Source: an uncultured delta proteobacterium
GTDB lineage: Bacteria; Desulfobacterota; Zymogenia; Zymogenales; Zymogenaceae
DNA: 64,000 nt
Direction: 5' to 3'
Assembly (NCBI GenBank): GCA_963735595.1
Contig: CAVTLK010000004.1
Coordinates: 1-64,000 of the forward strand
Position numbers and translations under genes: made by a program. Positions 44,307-57,158 of the stretch are shown in pieces. Each line of letters opens with the position of its first letter. The first letter of the stretch is position 1. The notes below the pieces were generated by a model. It did no database searches. It was not told the origin of the DNA and saw only the letters and a list, made by a program, of their open reading frames with translations.

Positions 44307-44310
<4 letters not shown>
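43288..44310 (-). CDS. metX: Homoserine O-acetyltransferase (MetX family)
   Basis: CHALTA, NVLGSCYG, GASIGG nucleophile elbow, SDMLFP, YGHDGFL. Confidence 0.92.
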
Positions 44311-47547
<3,237 letters not shown>

Positions 47548-47560
47548 CAATAGATGATAA

Positions 47561-47660
47561 GCCCCCCTATGATCCCCCCTGAGGGGGGATGAAAGAATGG
47601 GCTGGTACTGGATTTTAAGGTGGGGAAAGAATCCCCCCTGTGATCCCCCCTAGGGGGGAT
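47561..47660 (+). repeat. Two REP-like palindromes upstream of the DUF559 gene
   Basis: CCCCCCTATGATCCCCCCTGAGGGGGGAT (47562-47590) and CCCCCCTGTGATCCCCCCTAGGGGGGAT (47633-47660). Confidence 0.8.
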
Positions 47661-47688
47661 AAAAGACACAATTCGATGAATATTCTAT

Positions 47689-48081
47689 ATGGGTAGGATT
47701 ATTAATAAGGATTTGAGGCTGAAGGCTGTTGATTTGAGGAACAATATGACAAAGGCTGAAATCATCCTTTGGTCAAGATTACGAATGAGAAAGGTTGAAG
47801 GATTAAAATTCAGAAGGCAGCAGCCGATTTTTAATTATATAGTCGATTTTTATTGCCATGAAACAAAACTTATAATAGAAGTTGACGGTGAGATTCATAA
47901 TCTCCCGGAACAAAGGAAATCTGATAAGTACAGAAATAAGATTTTGACTCTTAATGGCTTTAATATTATTCATTTTACTAATCATGAGATAGAAACTAAT
48001 GTAGATTCTGTAATTGCTAAAATTAAAACTACAATCAATCGCCTTTTGTCTCCCCCTCTGGGGGACCACAGGGAGTCGTAA
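47689..48081 (+). CDS. DUF559 / Vsr-like endonuclease domain protein
   Basis: LRNNMTKAE..LW..LR, KFRRQQPI..YIVDFYC...LIIEVDGEIH, D..R...L...GF..IHF.N; AT-rich compared with its neighbours. Confidence 0.88.
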   Translation: MGRIINKDLRLKAVDLRNNMTKAEIILWSRLRMRKVEGLKFRRQQPIFNYIVDFYCHETKLIIEVDGEIHNLPEQRKSDKYRNKILTLNGFNIIHFTNHEIETNVDSVIAKIKTTINRLLSPPLGDHRES

Positions 48082-48141
48082 AAATGAAAAACACGCTAAA
48101 AAATACAACCTCGTCCCCCTCCCAGGGGGACCACAGGGGGT
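48048..48141 (-). repeat. Two inverted REP-like palindromes at and after the DUF559 3' end
   Basis: GTCTCCCCCTCTGGGGGACCACAGGGAG (48048-48075) and GTCCCCCTCCCAGGGGGACCACAGGGGG (48113-48140) are reverse-complement relatives of the upstream pair. Confidence 0.8.
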
Positions 48142-49652
48142 TCTACATGTCTACTCCAATTTTAATTGGCTCCACACCGATTGGAGGGTCCAATCCCATC
48201 CGTCTTCAATCGATGACCAATACTGATACGATGGATACACAGGCATCTGTTGCCCAATGTATCAGGATCATTGAAGCCGGAGCTGATTATGTAAGGCTTA
48301 CAGCACAGGGTGTAAAGGAAGCTGAGAATCTGGAAAACATAAAAAAAGAACTCCGCAGGGAAGGTTTTGAAACACCTCTCATTGCCGATATCCATTTCAA
48401 TCCGGCAGCAGCAGAAACAGCTGCCCGCATTGTCGAAAAAGTAAGGATCAATCCGGGCAACTATGCCGATAAAAGAGCTTCATTCATAAAAGCAGAATTC
48501 ACTGAGAAGGAGTATAATGAAGAACTCGAAAAGATCCATGAGAGGCTTCTTCCTCTTATAAATATCTGCAGGGAAAACAAAACTGTAATCAGGCTGGGAA
48601 TAAACCATGGCTCTCTTTCCGACCGGATAATGACCCGTTACGGTAACACTCCGAAAGGAATGGTCGCCTCAGCAATTGAATTTATAAAGATCTTCAGGTC
48701 TGAGAACTTTAACAACATTGTCCTTTCAATGAAATCGTCGGACACGGTTGTTCTTGTAGAGTCCAACAGACTGCTGGTAAGTGAGATGCAAAGAGAGGGG
48801 GTAGCTTTTCCAATACATCTTGGAGTTACAGAGGCGGGCGAAGGTGAAGACGGAAGGATAAGGTCGGCTGCAGGGATTGGGGCCCTTTTATCGGAGGGCA
48901 TCGGAGACACAATAAGGGTTTCCCTTACCGAAGATCCTGAAAAAGAGATCCCGGTAGCTAAAGAAATTCTCAACTTCATTGGAGAAAAAGGCAGGATTAA
49001 AAATCCTCAGTCACCCATTCCTTTCAGACAACGTGATACTCTATACAGACCCGAGGTCATTGTTTGTGATTCAGGCAACTTTATTTCTGAATCGGGTGAG
49101 CCTTATAAAGGGGAGGTGATCACATTTAATGCCGGAAATCCGCCTCATCTTCCTGAAAAATCAAAATCAAAGATTATTCTTAATCCGATCTTTGATGAAG
49201 ATGATCCGGTAAAGCTTGCTATTAACGCTTCTGCTCTCCTTGGAAGATATTTCATATTAAAACAGCCTGATGGTATTTGCATAACAAACCGGGGAAAAGT
49301 ACAGGGAGAAAAACTCAGGGAGATCTCATTTGGCATACTTCAGGCGACAGAAGCAAGGATAACCCGCAACAGATATATTTCATGTCCCACCTGCGGCCGT
49401 ACAAAGTTCAATCTACAGGAGGCAGTTCAGAAAGTAAAGGAAGCTACAGTACATCTTACCGGACTCAAAATAGCAGTAATGGGATGCATCGTAAACGGAC
49501 CCGGGGAAATGGCCGGAGCCGATTATGGGTATGTGGGTGCCGGAGAAGGCAAGGTTCATATATACAGGGGAACGGTGCCTGTGAAGAAAAATGTACTTCA
49601 GGTAGATGCGGTGGAAGAGCTGCTGAAAATAATTGAAGAGGATCAAAAGTAA
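48084..49652 (+). CDS. ispG: (E)-4-hydroxy-3-methylbut-2-enyl-diphosphate synthase (start may be 48147)
   Basis: PIRLQSMTNT, ADIHF, RINPGN, GINHGSLS, HLGVTEAG, GDTIRVSLT, SCPTCGR, MGCIVNGPGE. Confidence 0.96.
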   Translation: MKNTLKNTTSSPSQGDHRGFYMSTPILIGSTPIGGSNPIRLQSMTNTDTMDTQASVAQCIRIIEAGADYVRLTAQGVKEAENLENIKKELRREGFETPLIADIHFNPAAAETAARIVEKVRINPGNYADKRASFIKAEFTEKEYNEELEKIHERLLPLINICRENKTVIRLGINHGSLSDRIMTRYGNTPKGMVASAIEFIKIFRSENFNNIVLSMKSSDTVVLVESNRLLVSEMQREGVAFPIHLGVTEAGEGEDGRIRSAAGIGALLSEGIGDTIRVSLTEDPEKEIPVAKEILNFIGEKGRIKNPQSPIPFRQRDTLYRPEVIVCDSGNFISESGEPYKGEVITFNAGNPPHLPEKSKSKIILNPIFDEDDPVKLAINASALLGRYFILKQPDGICITNRGKVQGEKLREISFGILQATEARITRNRYISCPTCGRTKFNLQEAVQKVKEATVHLTGLKIAVMGCIVNGPGEMAGADYGYVGAGEGKVHIYRGTVPVKKNVLQVDAVEELLKIIEEDQK

Positions 49653-49769
49653 AACCCCTGTCCCGATTACTCGGGACTGCCCCCTGAAGGGGGCTCAAGG
49701 CCCCTAACTCATTAAAATTAGTAGTGCGTTTTAGACCCCCTTTAGGGGGTGCTGCGAAGCAGCGGGGGT
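49653..49769. repeat. Inverted REP-like doublet between convergent ispG and rnr
   Basis: CCCCTGTCCCGATTACTCGGGACTGCCCCCTGAAGGGGGC ... GACCCCCTTTAGGGGGTGCTGCGAAGCAGCGGGG. Confidence 0.7.
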
Positions 49770-51903
49770 TTACACCAATCTGTAATCCAATTGTTTTTTC
49801 TGCAGATCCGCCTTCACAACTTCGATCGTAACTCTGTCGCCGAGAGTATAAACCTTGCCGTCTGATCTTCCACGGATGCAATAATTCTCCTCATCATATT
49901 CATAGTAGTCATCTCCGAGCTCGCGGATATTAACCATTCCTTCGCACTGGTTCTCAATTATTTCCACATATATCCCCCACTCGGTTACACCTGAGATCAC
50001 TCCTTCAAAATGCTTTCCGAGCTTATCGCTCATGTACTCGACCTGCTTGTATTTTACCGATGCTCTCTCAGCTTCGGTGGCAACTCTTTCCATCTTTGAC
50101 GAATGCTGACACAGCTTTTCATACTTATCCAGTCCGCCCGGATTCTCTTCTGCCAGATAAGAAGTCAGAAGCCTGTGGACCATCATATCGGGGTACCTCC
50201 TGATGGGAGATGTGAAATGAGTATAGTACTTGAATGCAAGACCATAATGACCAATATTCTCAGTTGAATAGACAGCCTTTGCCATTGAACGAAGAGCAAG
50301 TGTTTCGATAATATTCTGTTCTTTTTTGCCAACCACCGAATTAAGGAGCCTGTTCATCGCCCTGGGGAGAGGGGTCTTATCATCCGCCGCCAGCGTATAT
50401 CCGAATCGTGTCACAAAATGGCTGAAGTTGTCGATCTTTTCCGGATCGGGTTCGTCGTGAATACGGTACACAAATGTTTTTCCCTTCAGCTTCTTCCCTA
50501 CATACTCTGCAACATGTCTGTTTGCGAGGAGCATGAACTCCTCGATAAGCTGGTTGGCAGTTCCCATATCGCGGAATTTTATGCCAAGTGGTTTGCCATT
50601 ATCATCAAGATCAAACTGAACTTCTATCTTTTCAAAATAAAATGCCCCGGCCGAAAAACGTTTTGCCCTCAGCTTCTGGGCAAGATCATGAAGAAGCAGG
50701 ATTTGTTCCTTCATAACTCCATCTCCTGCGTCGATGACCTCCTGGGCTTCGTTATATGAGAAGCGCATGTCTGAGTTAATGATAGTTCTTCCGAACCATT
50801 CATTAAGCACTTCGGCTTTCTCATTCATCTCGAAAACAGCTCCATAAGTCAGTTTGTCTTCAGAAGGATTAAGAGAACATATATGATTTGAGAGCCTCTC
50901 CGGAAGCATCGGTACTACCCTGTCGACAAGGTAAACGGACGTCGCCCGTTGTTTTGCCTCTTCTTCAAGCAGGGAGCCTGGTTTTACATAGTGAGTAACA
51001 TCAGCTATATGAACTCCAATCTCCCAGTTGCCGTTATCCAGTTTTCTGAGCGAGAGGGCATCATCAAAGTCGCGTGCATCTGAAGGGTCGACGGTAAAAG
51101 TAGGAACACTTCTGAAATCGCGACGTGCTTTAATGTCAGACTTCAGTGATCTGTGCCGGTATCATTTCAGCCTCATGTTCCACCTCTTCTGTAAACTGAT
51201 AAGGAAGTTCAAATTCGGCGAGGATGGCATGCATCTCTGTCTCGTGCAGTCCGGGATCACCAAGTACATTAATGATCTCGGCAACGGGATTCTTTGATTT
51301 GGGATTCCAGTCTATGACCTTTGCTACAGCTTTCTGACCCTGTTTTGCACCGTTCAGCTTTGATGAAGGAATGAAAAGGTCGAAAGGCATGTTCTTGTTA
51401 TCGGGCATGAGGAACGCGAAACTGGGCATTATCTCAACTGTTCCTACAAAGGTGGTTCGCCATCTCTCAATGATCTCAACGACTTCTCCTTCAGGCCTTG
51501 CTCCTTTTCGTTTTGCAAAGAGCAAAACTTTAACCTTATCTCCATGAAGGGCAGTACGAAGGTTTTTTGCCGAGATAAACACATCATCTTCGATCTCGTC
51601 TGACGAAACGAAGCCATATCCCATCCTTGTCATATCGACAGTGCCTGTTATATGTCCGCGGCTTGCCTTGGACTTGTACTTTCCTTCATAAACTTCCTTA
51701 AGGGCTCCCCTGATTGACAGCTCCTTAAGTATCTCCGAAACCATCTGCTTCTCAGACGGATCTGTTATATTCAATCGTTTTGCGATCTGCTTGTAATTGA
51801 ATCCCTCCTGGGGACTCTTTGAAAGAATAATCTGTATTTGTTCTGATACTGATTCCCTTGATAACCCGGATGTTTTACCCCTTTTACCCTTCTTTTTGCT
51901 CAT
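49770..51903 (-). CDS. rnr: Ribonuclease R (frameshift near 51140)
   Basis: Cold-shock domains (GYGFV, ALHGDKV); RNB motifs DARDFDDALS, HIADV, IEEFMLLAN, HFTSPIRRYPD; S1 domain. Confidence 0.95.
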
Positions 51904-51981
51904 AATGCAGTTTTTGCGAAGGTACAAAAATGAAGCTGAAATGTAGTATATTTGATCAGAGAGGAGGATAGTTGAAATCAA

Positions 51982-52267
51982 ATGATAAGCCTGAACAGTG
52001 TTGTATCACAGTCATCGTCAATTGTGACAAGGAAAACAGGCAAGGAGTATGTGCTTGTTCCCATAGCAAATAATATTGCTGACATGAACAGTGTATATAC
52101 ACTAAACGAAACAGGAGCATTTCTCTGGGAACAGATTGATGGCAGGAAGAGCGTAAAGGATCTTGATCGAAGCTCTGATCTCTGAGTATGAAATTGATAA
52201 AGAGACTGCAACCGGGGATGTTTTTTCATTCATAGAAGAAATGAACAGATATTTGATAATAAGATAA
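51982..52267 (+). CDS. PqqD-family RiPP recognition element (RRE) protein (frameshift near 52165)
   Basis: EYVLVP...YTLNETGAFLWEQIDGRKSVKDL joins IEALISEYEIDKETATGDVFSFIEEM, a typical PqqD winged-helix pattern. Confidence 0.85.
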
Positions 52268-52310
52268 ATCCAACCGCAAAGAAGACACCTGCATGTTAAG
52301 AAATAGAATA

Positions 52311-52652
52311 CCCCCATCCCCGCCTTCCCCCAGGGGGGAAGGGGCGACAACAATATACAGACTTCCCCCGAAAAGGGGATTGGTACTTTTTGGAGTGAAA
52401 ATATAACAATGAACAGGCCTTTCCCCCCGTGGGGGGAAACTGAAAGGGGGGTTGTTTACAAACAGGAACTGAAAGGGGGGTCGGAGAAAAAGTCACTAGG
52501 AATCAACTAACCCCCATCCCATCCTTCCCCCAGGGGGGAAGGGGCGACAACAATATACAGACTTCCCCCGAGAAAGGGGATTGGTACTTTTTGGAGTGAA
52601 AATATAACAATGAACAGGCCTTTCCCCCCGTGGGGGGAAACTGAAAGGGGGG
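52311..52652. repeat. Tandem duplication (200-bp period) of a ~142-bp REPIN-like element
   Basis: 52311-52451 and 52511-52652 are nearly identical: CCCCCATCCC..CCTTCCCCCAGGGGGGAAGGGG-spacer-GGCCTTTCCCCCCGTGGGGGGAAACTGAAAGGGGGG. Confidence 0.88.
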
Positions 52653-52796
52653 TTGGTAATAAAAATTGGGAAATGCAAAAAGGGAGTCAGTAACTAAATA
52701 TGGGAACGGGAAGGAGGTTTGGTATTTTAAAGGGGAGATGGGGAGCTTGACAAAAAAGATGGCGGATGGGAAGTTGTGATAGATTTTGGATGAGAA

Positions 52797-54125
52797 ATGA
52801 ACAGCTACAGTTTAAATATTGCCAATTACATTATCAGATTTATAAGTGAATCTGATTCGCCGGAATTGATTCCGGGAGAAAGGTTCCTCAGGAATATCTA
52901 TACCGGAAGCGATTCTGACATAATAATAACTGTTCATACCGGGAAGTTCATAATACCAGCTGATTCAGAAAAAGTCTTTGATGCACCTTATGTGGAAGAG
53001 ATAAACGGCGTCAGAATAAAAAAGAGTGATAATTTCTGGAGTGTCCATAAGCATAATAATGATCTTTTTATTAAAACAGTTTTTCCTCTCTCCTCCGATA
53101 AGAAATCAGCCGTTCTTAAATTTTCACTTTCAGATAAAAACTGGGATCTTTATTTCGACGGTGCAGATAGGGAAACTGATCCTTTCGAATACCCGCTCGA
53201 CGGACTTATACTCTATTATCTGACCGCAATCAAAGGCGATATAATGATCCATGCCTCGGGAGTGAACCATGATGGACTTGGGTATCTCTTCAGCGGTGTT
53301 TCAGGGAAAGGGAAGACAACGATGGCTAAACTCTGGGATAATGCCGGAGCACAAGTAATCCACGACGACCGCCTCATCGTGCGAAAGACCGAAAACGGGT
53401 ATAAAATGCATAACACCCCTGTATATAATAATGATGAGCCAAAAGAATCACCTCTCGATATGATCTTTCTTATCGATCACGGTAAAGAGAATGAACTATC
53501 CCCTGTCGGGGGCGCTGTGTCAGTAAGCATGGTAATGGCAAACTGTATCCAGCATGCCTGGGATACTGAAATTATTTCCAGGCTTCTTGACTCGGTATCG
53601 AAAGTGTGCTCTATCGTTCCTGTCAGACTACTTTCTTTCAAACCCGACAAGAGTATAGTTGATTATATCATTGAAGACAATAAAGCTCCAGAGAATCATA
53701 TTATTGTTAAGGATATAGGATTCATGCTATTGACTGAAGGAAAAAGCCTTAAGGTTAAAGCTGATGGCTATAGCATGTATCCTTCAATAAAACCCGGTTC
53801 AATAGTCCTTATCGAACCGCTTTCTGATGGTCTTCCTCCTTCGCCGGGCGAGATAATTGCCTGGAAACGTGAATCGGGATTTGTAGTTCACCGTCTTGTG
53901 AGAATCATTAAGGAAGGAGATAAGATCAGTTTCATCACAAGAGGAGACAGCTGTGCTTGTGAGGACCATCCGGTAAAAAGAGATCAGATCGCCGGGAAGG
54001 TTGTTCAGGTTGAGAGTGTTACAGGCAGGATATTATCGGCGGGTGGCAGTTTGATACGGAAACCTTGTTATCTTTATAATAGATTAGTTGTTTGGGTGTT
54101 ATTAAGGATCAGGAAAATATTATAA
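52797..54125 (+). CDS. Fusion of an HPr-kinase-like P-loop domain and an S24/S26 peptidase domain
   Basis: IHASGV..GYLFSGVSGKGKTT..VIHDDRLIVR (kinase-like); C-terminal GYSMYPSI..VVHRLV..TRGDS (Ser/His signal-peptidase-like). Confidence 0.75.
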   Translation: MNSYSLNIANYIIRFISESDSPELIPGERFLRNIYTGSDSDIIITVHTGKFIIPADSEKVFDAPYVEEINGVRIKKSDNFWSVHKHNNDLFIKTVFPLSSDKKSAVLKFSLSDKNWDLYFDGADRETDPFEYPLDGLILYYLTAIKGDIMIHASGVNHDGLGYLFSGVSGKGKTTMAKLWDNAGAQVIHDDRLIVRKTENGYKMHNTPVYNNDEPKESPLDMIFLIDHGKENELSPVGGAVSVSMVMANCIQHAWDTEIISRLLDSVSKVCSIVPVRLLSFKPDKSIVDYIIEDNKAPENHIIVKDIGFMLLTEGKSLKVKADGYSMYPSIKPGSIVLIEPLSDGLPPSPGEIIAWKRESGFVVHRLVRIIKEGDKISFITRGDSCACEDHPVKRDQIAGKVVQVESVTGRILSAGGSLIRKPCYLYNRLVVWVLLRIRKIL

Positions 54126-54171
54126 ACCCCCCGGCCCCCCAGAGGGGGGTGCAAATCCATTACTGAATTAA

Positions 54172-55959
54172 ATGAGAGGTAAACTCAAATATTTCCGCGA
54201 ATCAATTAAGCTTGTCTGGAGATCTGCTCCGGGATGGGCGCTGGCAAATATTGTCATTTCAATATTGCGAAGCATCTTTCCCCTGTTGCTTATATGGCTG
54301 ATCAAGGGAGTTATCGATGGGATCACTGATGCTGCAGCTGCAAATCCCGGAGACAGCATTGTAAATCTCCTCTGGCCAATCATTGCAGTGGTTATTGTCT
54401 GGTTCCTCGATGAGGCAGTCATAGACACCGGAAACTATGTTCGTAAAAAACAGTCGGTAAAGCTTGAGTCGTATATGTATGGACTCCTCCATGAAAAGGC
54501 AATAAAACTTGATCTCATATACTTCGAACGCCCCGATTATTTTGATTGCCTGGCAAGAGCCTCCCGGGAAGCGCCATGGAGACCAAACAGCATCCTCAAC
54601 AATCTGGTTTCGATGTTCAGGGGCTTCTTATCGCTGGTGATCATGGCAGGAGTGCTTGCTTTTCTTCATTGGACAATTGCCCTGCTACTGCTTGTTGTAA
54701 ACATCCCGGGGATATGGCTGCGGCTTCATTATGCAGGAGTTCTTTATAATTTCCAGAAAGAACAAACACCGGAAGCCAGGAAAAGTGCCTATTTCAACTG
54801 GCTTCTTACAGGCGATCGTCCTTCAAGAGAGTTAAGGCTTTTCGGACTGGGGAACTATTTCATCTCTCTCTTCAAAAAATCTTTTAATCAAACAAAAGAA
54901 GAAGAGATAAAGATTGTCGGTAAGAGAACATTCATTGAAATAATTTCTGACCTGATAAAGGCGGCGGCGGTACTTGTTACTCTGCTTTATATCACACGCG
55001 AAACTATCCGGGGAACTCTCACTCTTGGACAGATGGCTATGTTCCTCCTGGCCTTCAGGCAGGGAATGGTAGCCATCAAGGAGCTCCTGGGTTCGCTGGC
55101 CGGACTTTATGAGGATAGCTTGTTTATAGGCGACACATTCGAATTCCTGAACCTTAAGGTAAATATAACAGCAAGACCTCCAGTTGTTGAGGTTAAAGAC
55201 CTTCACAACAGTATAAAGGCCGAGAACCTGTCATTCACCTACCCCGGGAACAATGAGAAGACAATTGATAATTTTTCTTTCGAGATAAAGAAAGGGGAGA
55301 TAATTGCTCTTGTTGGACCCAATGGCGCAGGGAAAAGCACACTTGTGAGGCTTCTGAGCCGTCTTTATGATCCGGATTCAGGTTCTGTTAAGATTGACGG
55401 AAATGATATAAGACATATTGATCCCGACAGCTACAGAAAAATGTTTTCAGTCGTTTTTCAGGATTTCATGCTTTACAATCTTGGGGCCGGGGAGAATATC
55501 CGGATGGGAAATGTGGAAGAGAAGGATCATGAAAATAAGATCGTCTCTTCGGCTTCAGCATCCGGGATCCATGATCTTATTAAGAATCTTCCCAACGGCT
55601 ATTCAACAGTTATCGGAACTCTTTTCGACGACAGCCGTGAGCTGAGCTGGGGAGAGTGGCAGAAGATAGCCCTGGCCAGAGCGCTTTTCAGGGATGCTCC
55701 GGTTTTAATTCTCGATGAACCATCGAGCGCCCTTGATGCCGACACCGAATATGAGATCTTCAGCAGGTTCAGGGAGACAGTAAGAGGCAGGACGTCAATC
55801 CTCATCAGTCACAGGTTTACAAATGTGAGCCTGGCCGACAGGATCATCGTGCTCAGCAAAGGAACCATTGCCGAGACCGGAACTCACGAGGAGCTCATGA
55901 GCATAAAAGGAATGTACTACACTATGTATACAAAGCAGAGCAGCAGATTTGAAAAATGA
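54172..55959 (+). CDS. ABC exporter (TM + ATPase)
   Basis: TM segments, ELRLFGL, GPNGAGKST, VFQDF, LSWGEWQKIALARA, LDEPSSALD, ISHR. Confidence 0.92.
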   Translation: MRGKLKYFRESIKLVWRSAPGWALANIVISILRSIFPLLLIWLIKGVIDGITDAAAANPGDSIVNLLWPIIAVVIVWFLDEAVIDTGNYVRKKQSVKLESYMYGLLHEKAIKLDLIYFERPDYFDCLARASREAPWRPNSILNNLVSMFRGFLSLVIMAGVLAFLHWTIALLLLVVNIPGIWLRLHYAGVLYNFQKEQTPEARKSAYFNWLLTGDRPSRELRLFGLGNYFISLFKKSFNQTKEEEIKIVGKRTFIEIISDLIKAAAVLVTLLYITRETIRGTLTLGQMAMFLLAFRQGMVAIKELLGSLAGLYEDSLFIGDTFEFLNLKVNITARPPVVEVKDLHNSIKAENLSFTYPGNNEKTIDNFSFEIKKGEIIALVGPNGAGKSTLVRLLSRLYDPDSGSVKIDGNDIRHIDPDSYRKMFSVVFQDFMLYNLGAGENIRMGNVEEKDHENKIVSSASASGIHDLIKNLPNGYSTVIGTLFDDSRELSWGEWQKIALARALFRDAPVLILDEPSSALDADTEYEIFSRFRETVRGRTSILISHRFTNVSLADRIIVLSKGTIAETGTHEELMSIKGMYYTMYTKQSSRFEK

Positions 55960-57158
55960 ACGGCAAGCTTGATATCAGGGATGAAGAGATACTTCTTCTG
56001 GGACTTTGCCGCCTTTCGTTCGACGTTGAGCTTACCATAATGCTGAGGGCGCTGGCTGAGACGGTAACCGACTGGAAATATTTTTCTTCACTCGCCAACA
56101 GGCATGGAGTGGCTGCCCTGGTTTATCATAATCTTGAAAAACTTGACTTTATCAAATTTATCCCTAAGGATTCTTCCGATATTCTGCATAATGCATTATT
56201 AGTGAATATCAGCAGGAATGCACGTAATGCAGAGGCGACTGTTTCCGTACTTAAACTGATGAATGAAGAGGAGATAAAGATCGTTCTTCTAAAAGGTCTT
56301 GCCCTGGAATTGACGGTTTACGGGAACATGGGCCTGAGGCAGATGACAGATGTCGACGTTCTTGCAACAAGGGATGACTGCATGAAGGCGCGAAGGGTGC
56401 TTATGGAAAATGGTTTTGCATCCCTTCCTGTGAAGTCGGTTCTGCACAAACCATTAATGGCATATACCGGCAAGCATCTTCCCACACTTACAAAAGATGG
56501 ATTCGCCATTGAGCTTCATCACGAACTTTTCGGGTCAGAGCAGAATGTACTGACGAAGATGCTTTATGAAACCAGTCGTGAGACAGATTTGAATTCGGCA
56601 AAAACTTATATCCCTCAGCCGCAGATCTTCCTTCTATATCTTGTCAAGCATCTTTACCTTCATGAGATGAACAACGAGTCGCAGCTAAGGCTTTACACCG
56701 ACTTTGTGGTGCTGATAGAGAAATACCGTGATGAGATCATCACCTACGATCTGCTTTCGTATGCCATTCAGGCAGGCATGGAAGAGATCCTTGCCTGGAG
56801 ACTTGAGCCGCTGAGAGACCTCTGGGGTATTTCTTTCCCGGAATGGATGAACGATTTTATCAATAAATGGTACAATCCTGCCTCGATAAACAAGTTTGTC
56901 TTCTTCCTGAAGAGTCCGAAAGATAATCATGTTGAGAACAGGGCGGAGAGATACCGGAATAATCTGAAAGAGATCCCTGGTCTACACCGTAAGATCCTTT
57001 ATTTCCTGGGAGATCTCTTCCCGACGTTTGAGTTTATGAAGAAAAGGTATAAGTGCAGGAGCACCTGGCAGACCCTGTTGTATTATCCGATGAGGTTGGG
57101 GAAGGTATGGTATCTGATAAAGGTACAAGGGTACAAGGGTGCAACGGTGCAACGGTGA
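55956..57158 (+). CDS. Nucleotidyltransferase family protein (NTP_transf_5-like)
   Basis: W......A.RHGV, LLKGLAL...Y....LRQMTDVDVL, IELHH, LRLYTDF; overlaps the ABC stop codon. Confidence 0.8.
   Translation: MNGKLDIRDEEILLLGLCRLSFDVELTIMLRALAETVTDWKYFSSLANRHGVAALVYHNLEKLDFIKFIPKDSSDILHNALLVNISRNARNAEATVSVLKLMNEEEIKIVLLKGLALELTVYGNMGLRQMTDVDVLATRDDCMKARRVLMENGFASLPVKSVLHKPLMAYTGKHLPTLTKDGFAIELHHELFGSEQNVLTKMLYETSRETDLNSAKTYIPQPQIFLLYLVKHLYLHEMNNESQLRLYTDFVVLIEKYRDEIITYDLLSYAIQAGMEEILAWRLEPLRDLWGISFPEWMNDFINKWYNPASINKFVFFLKSPKDNHVENRAERYRNNLKEIPGLHRKILYFLGDLFPTFEFMKKRYKCRSTWQTLLYYPMRLGKVWYLIKVQGYKGATVQR

Noticed and set aside
52268..52796. RiPP precursor peptide between the RRE and kinase genes
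   Set aside because: The interval consists of the duplicated palindromic element; short ORFs there are repeat translations with no leader-like motif.
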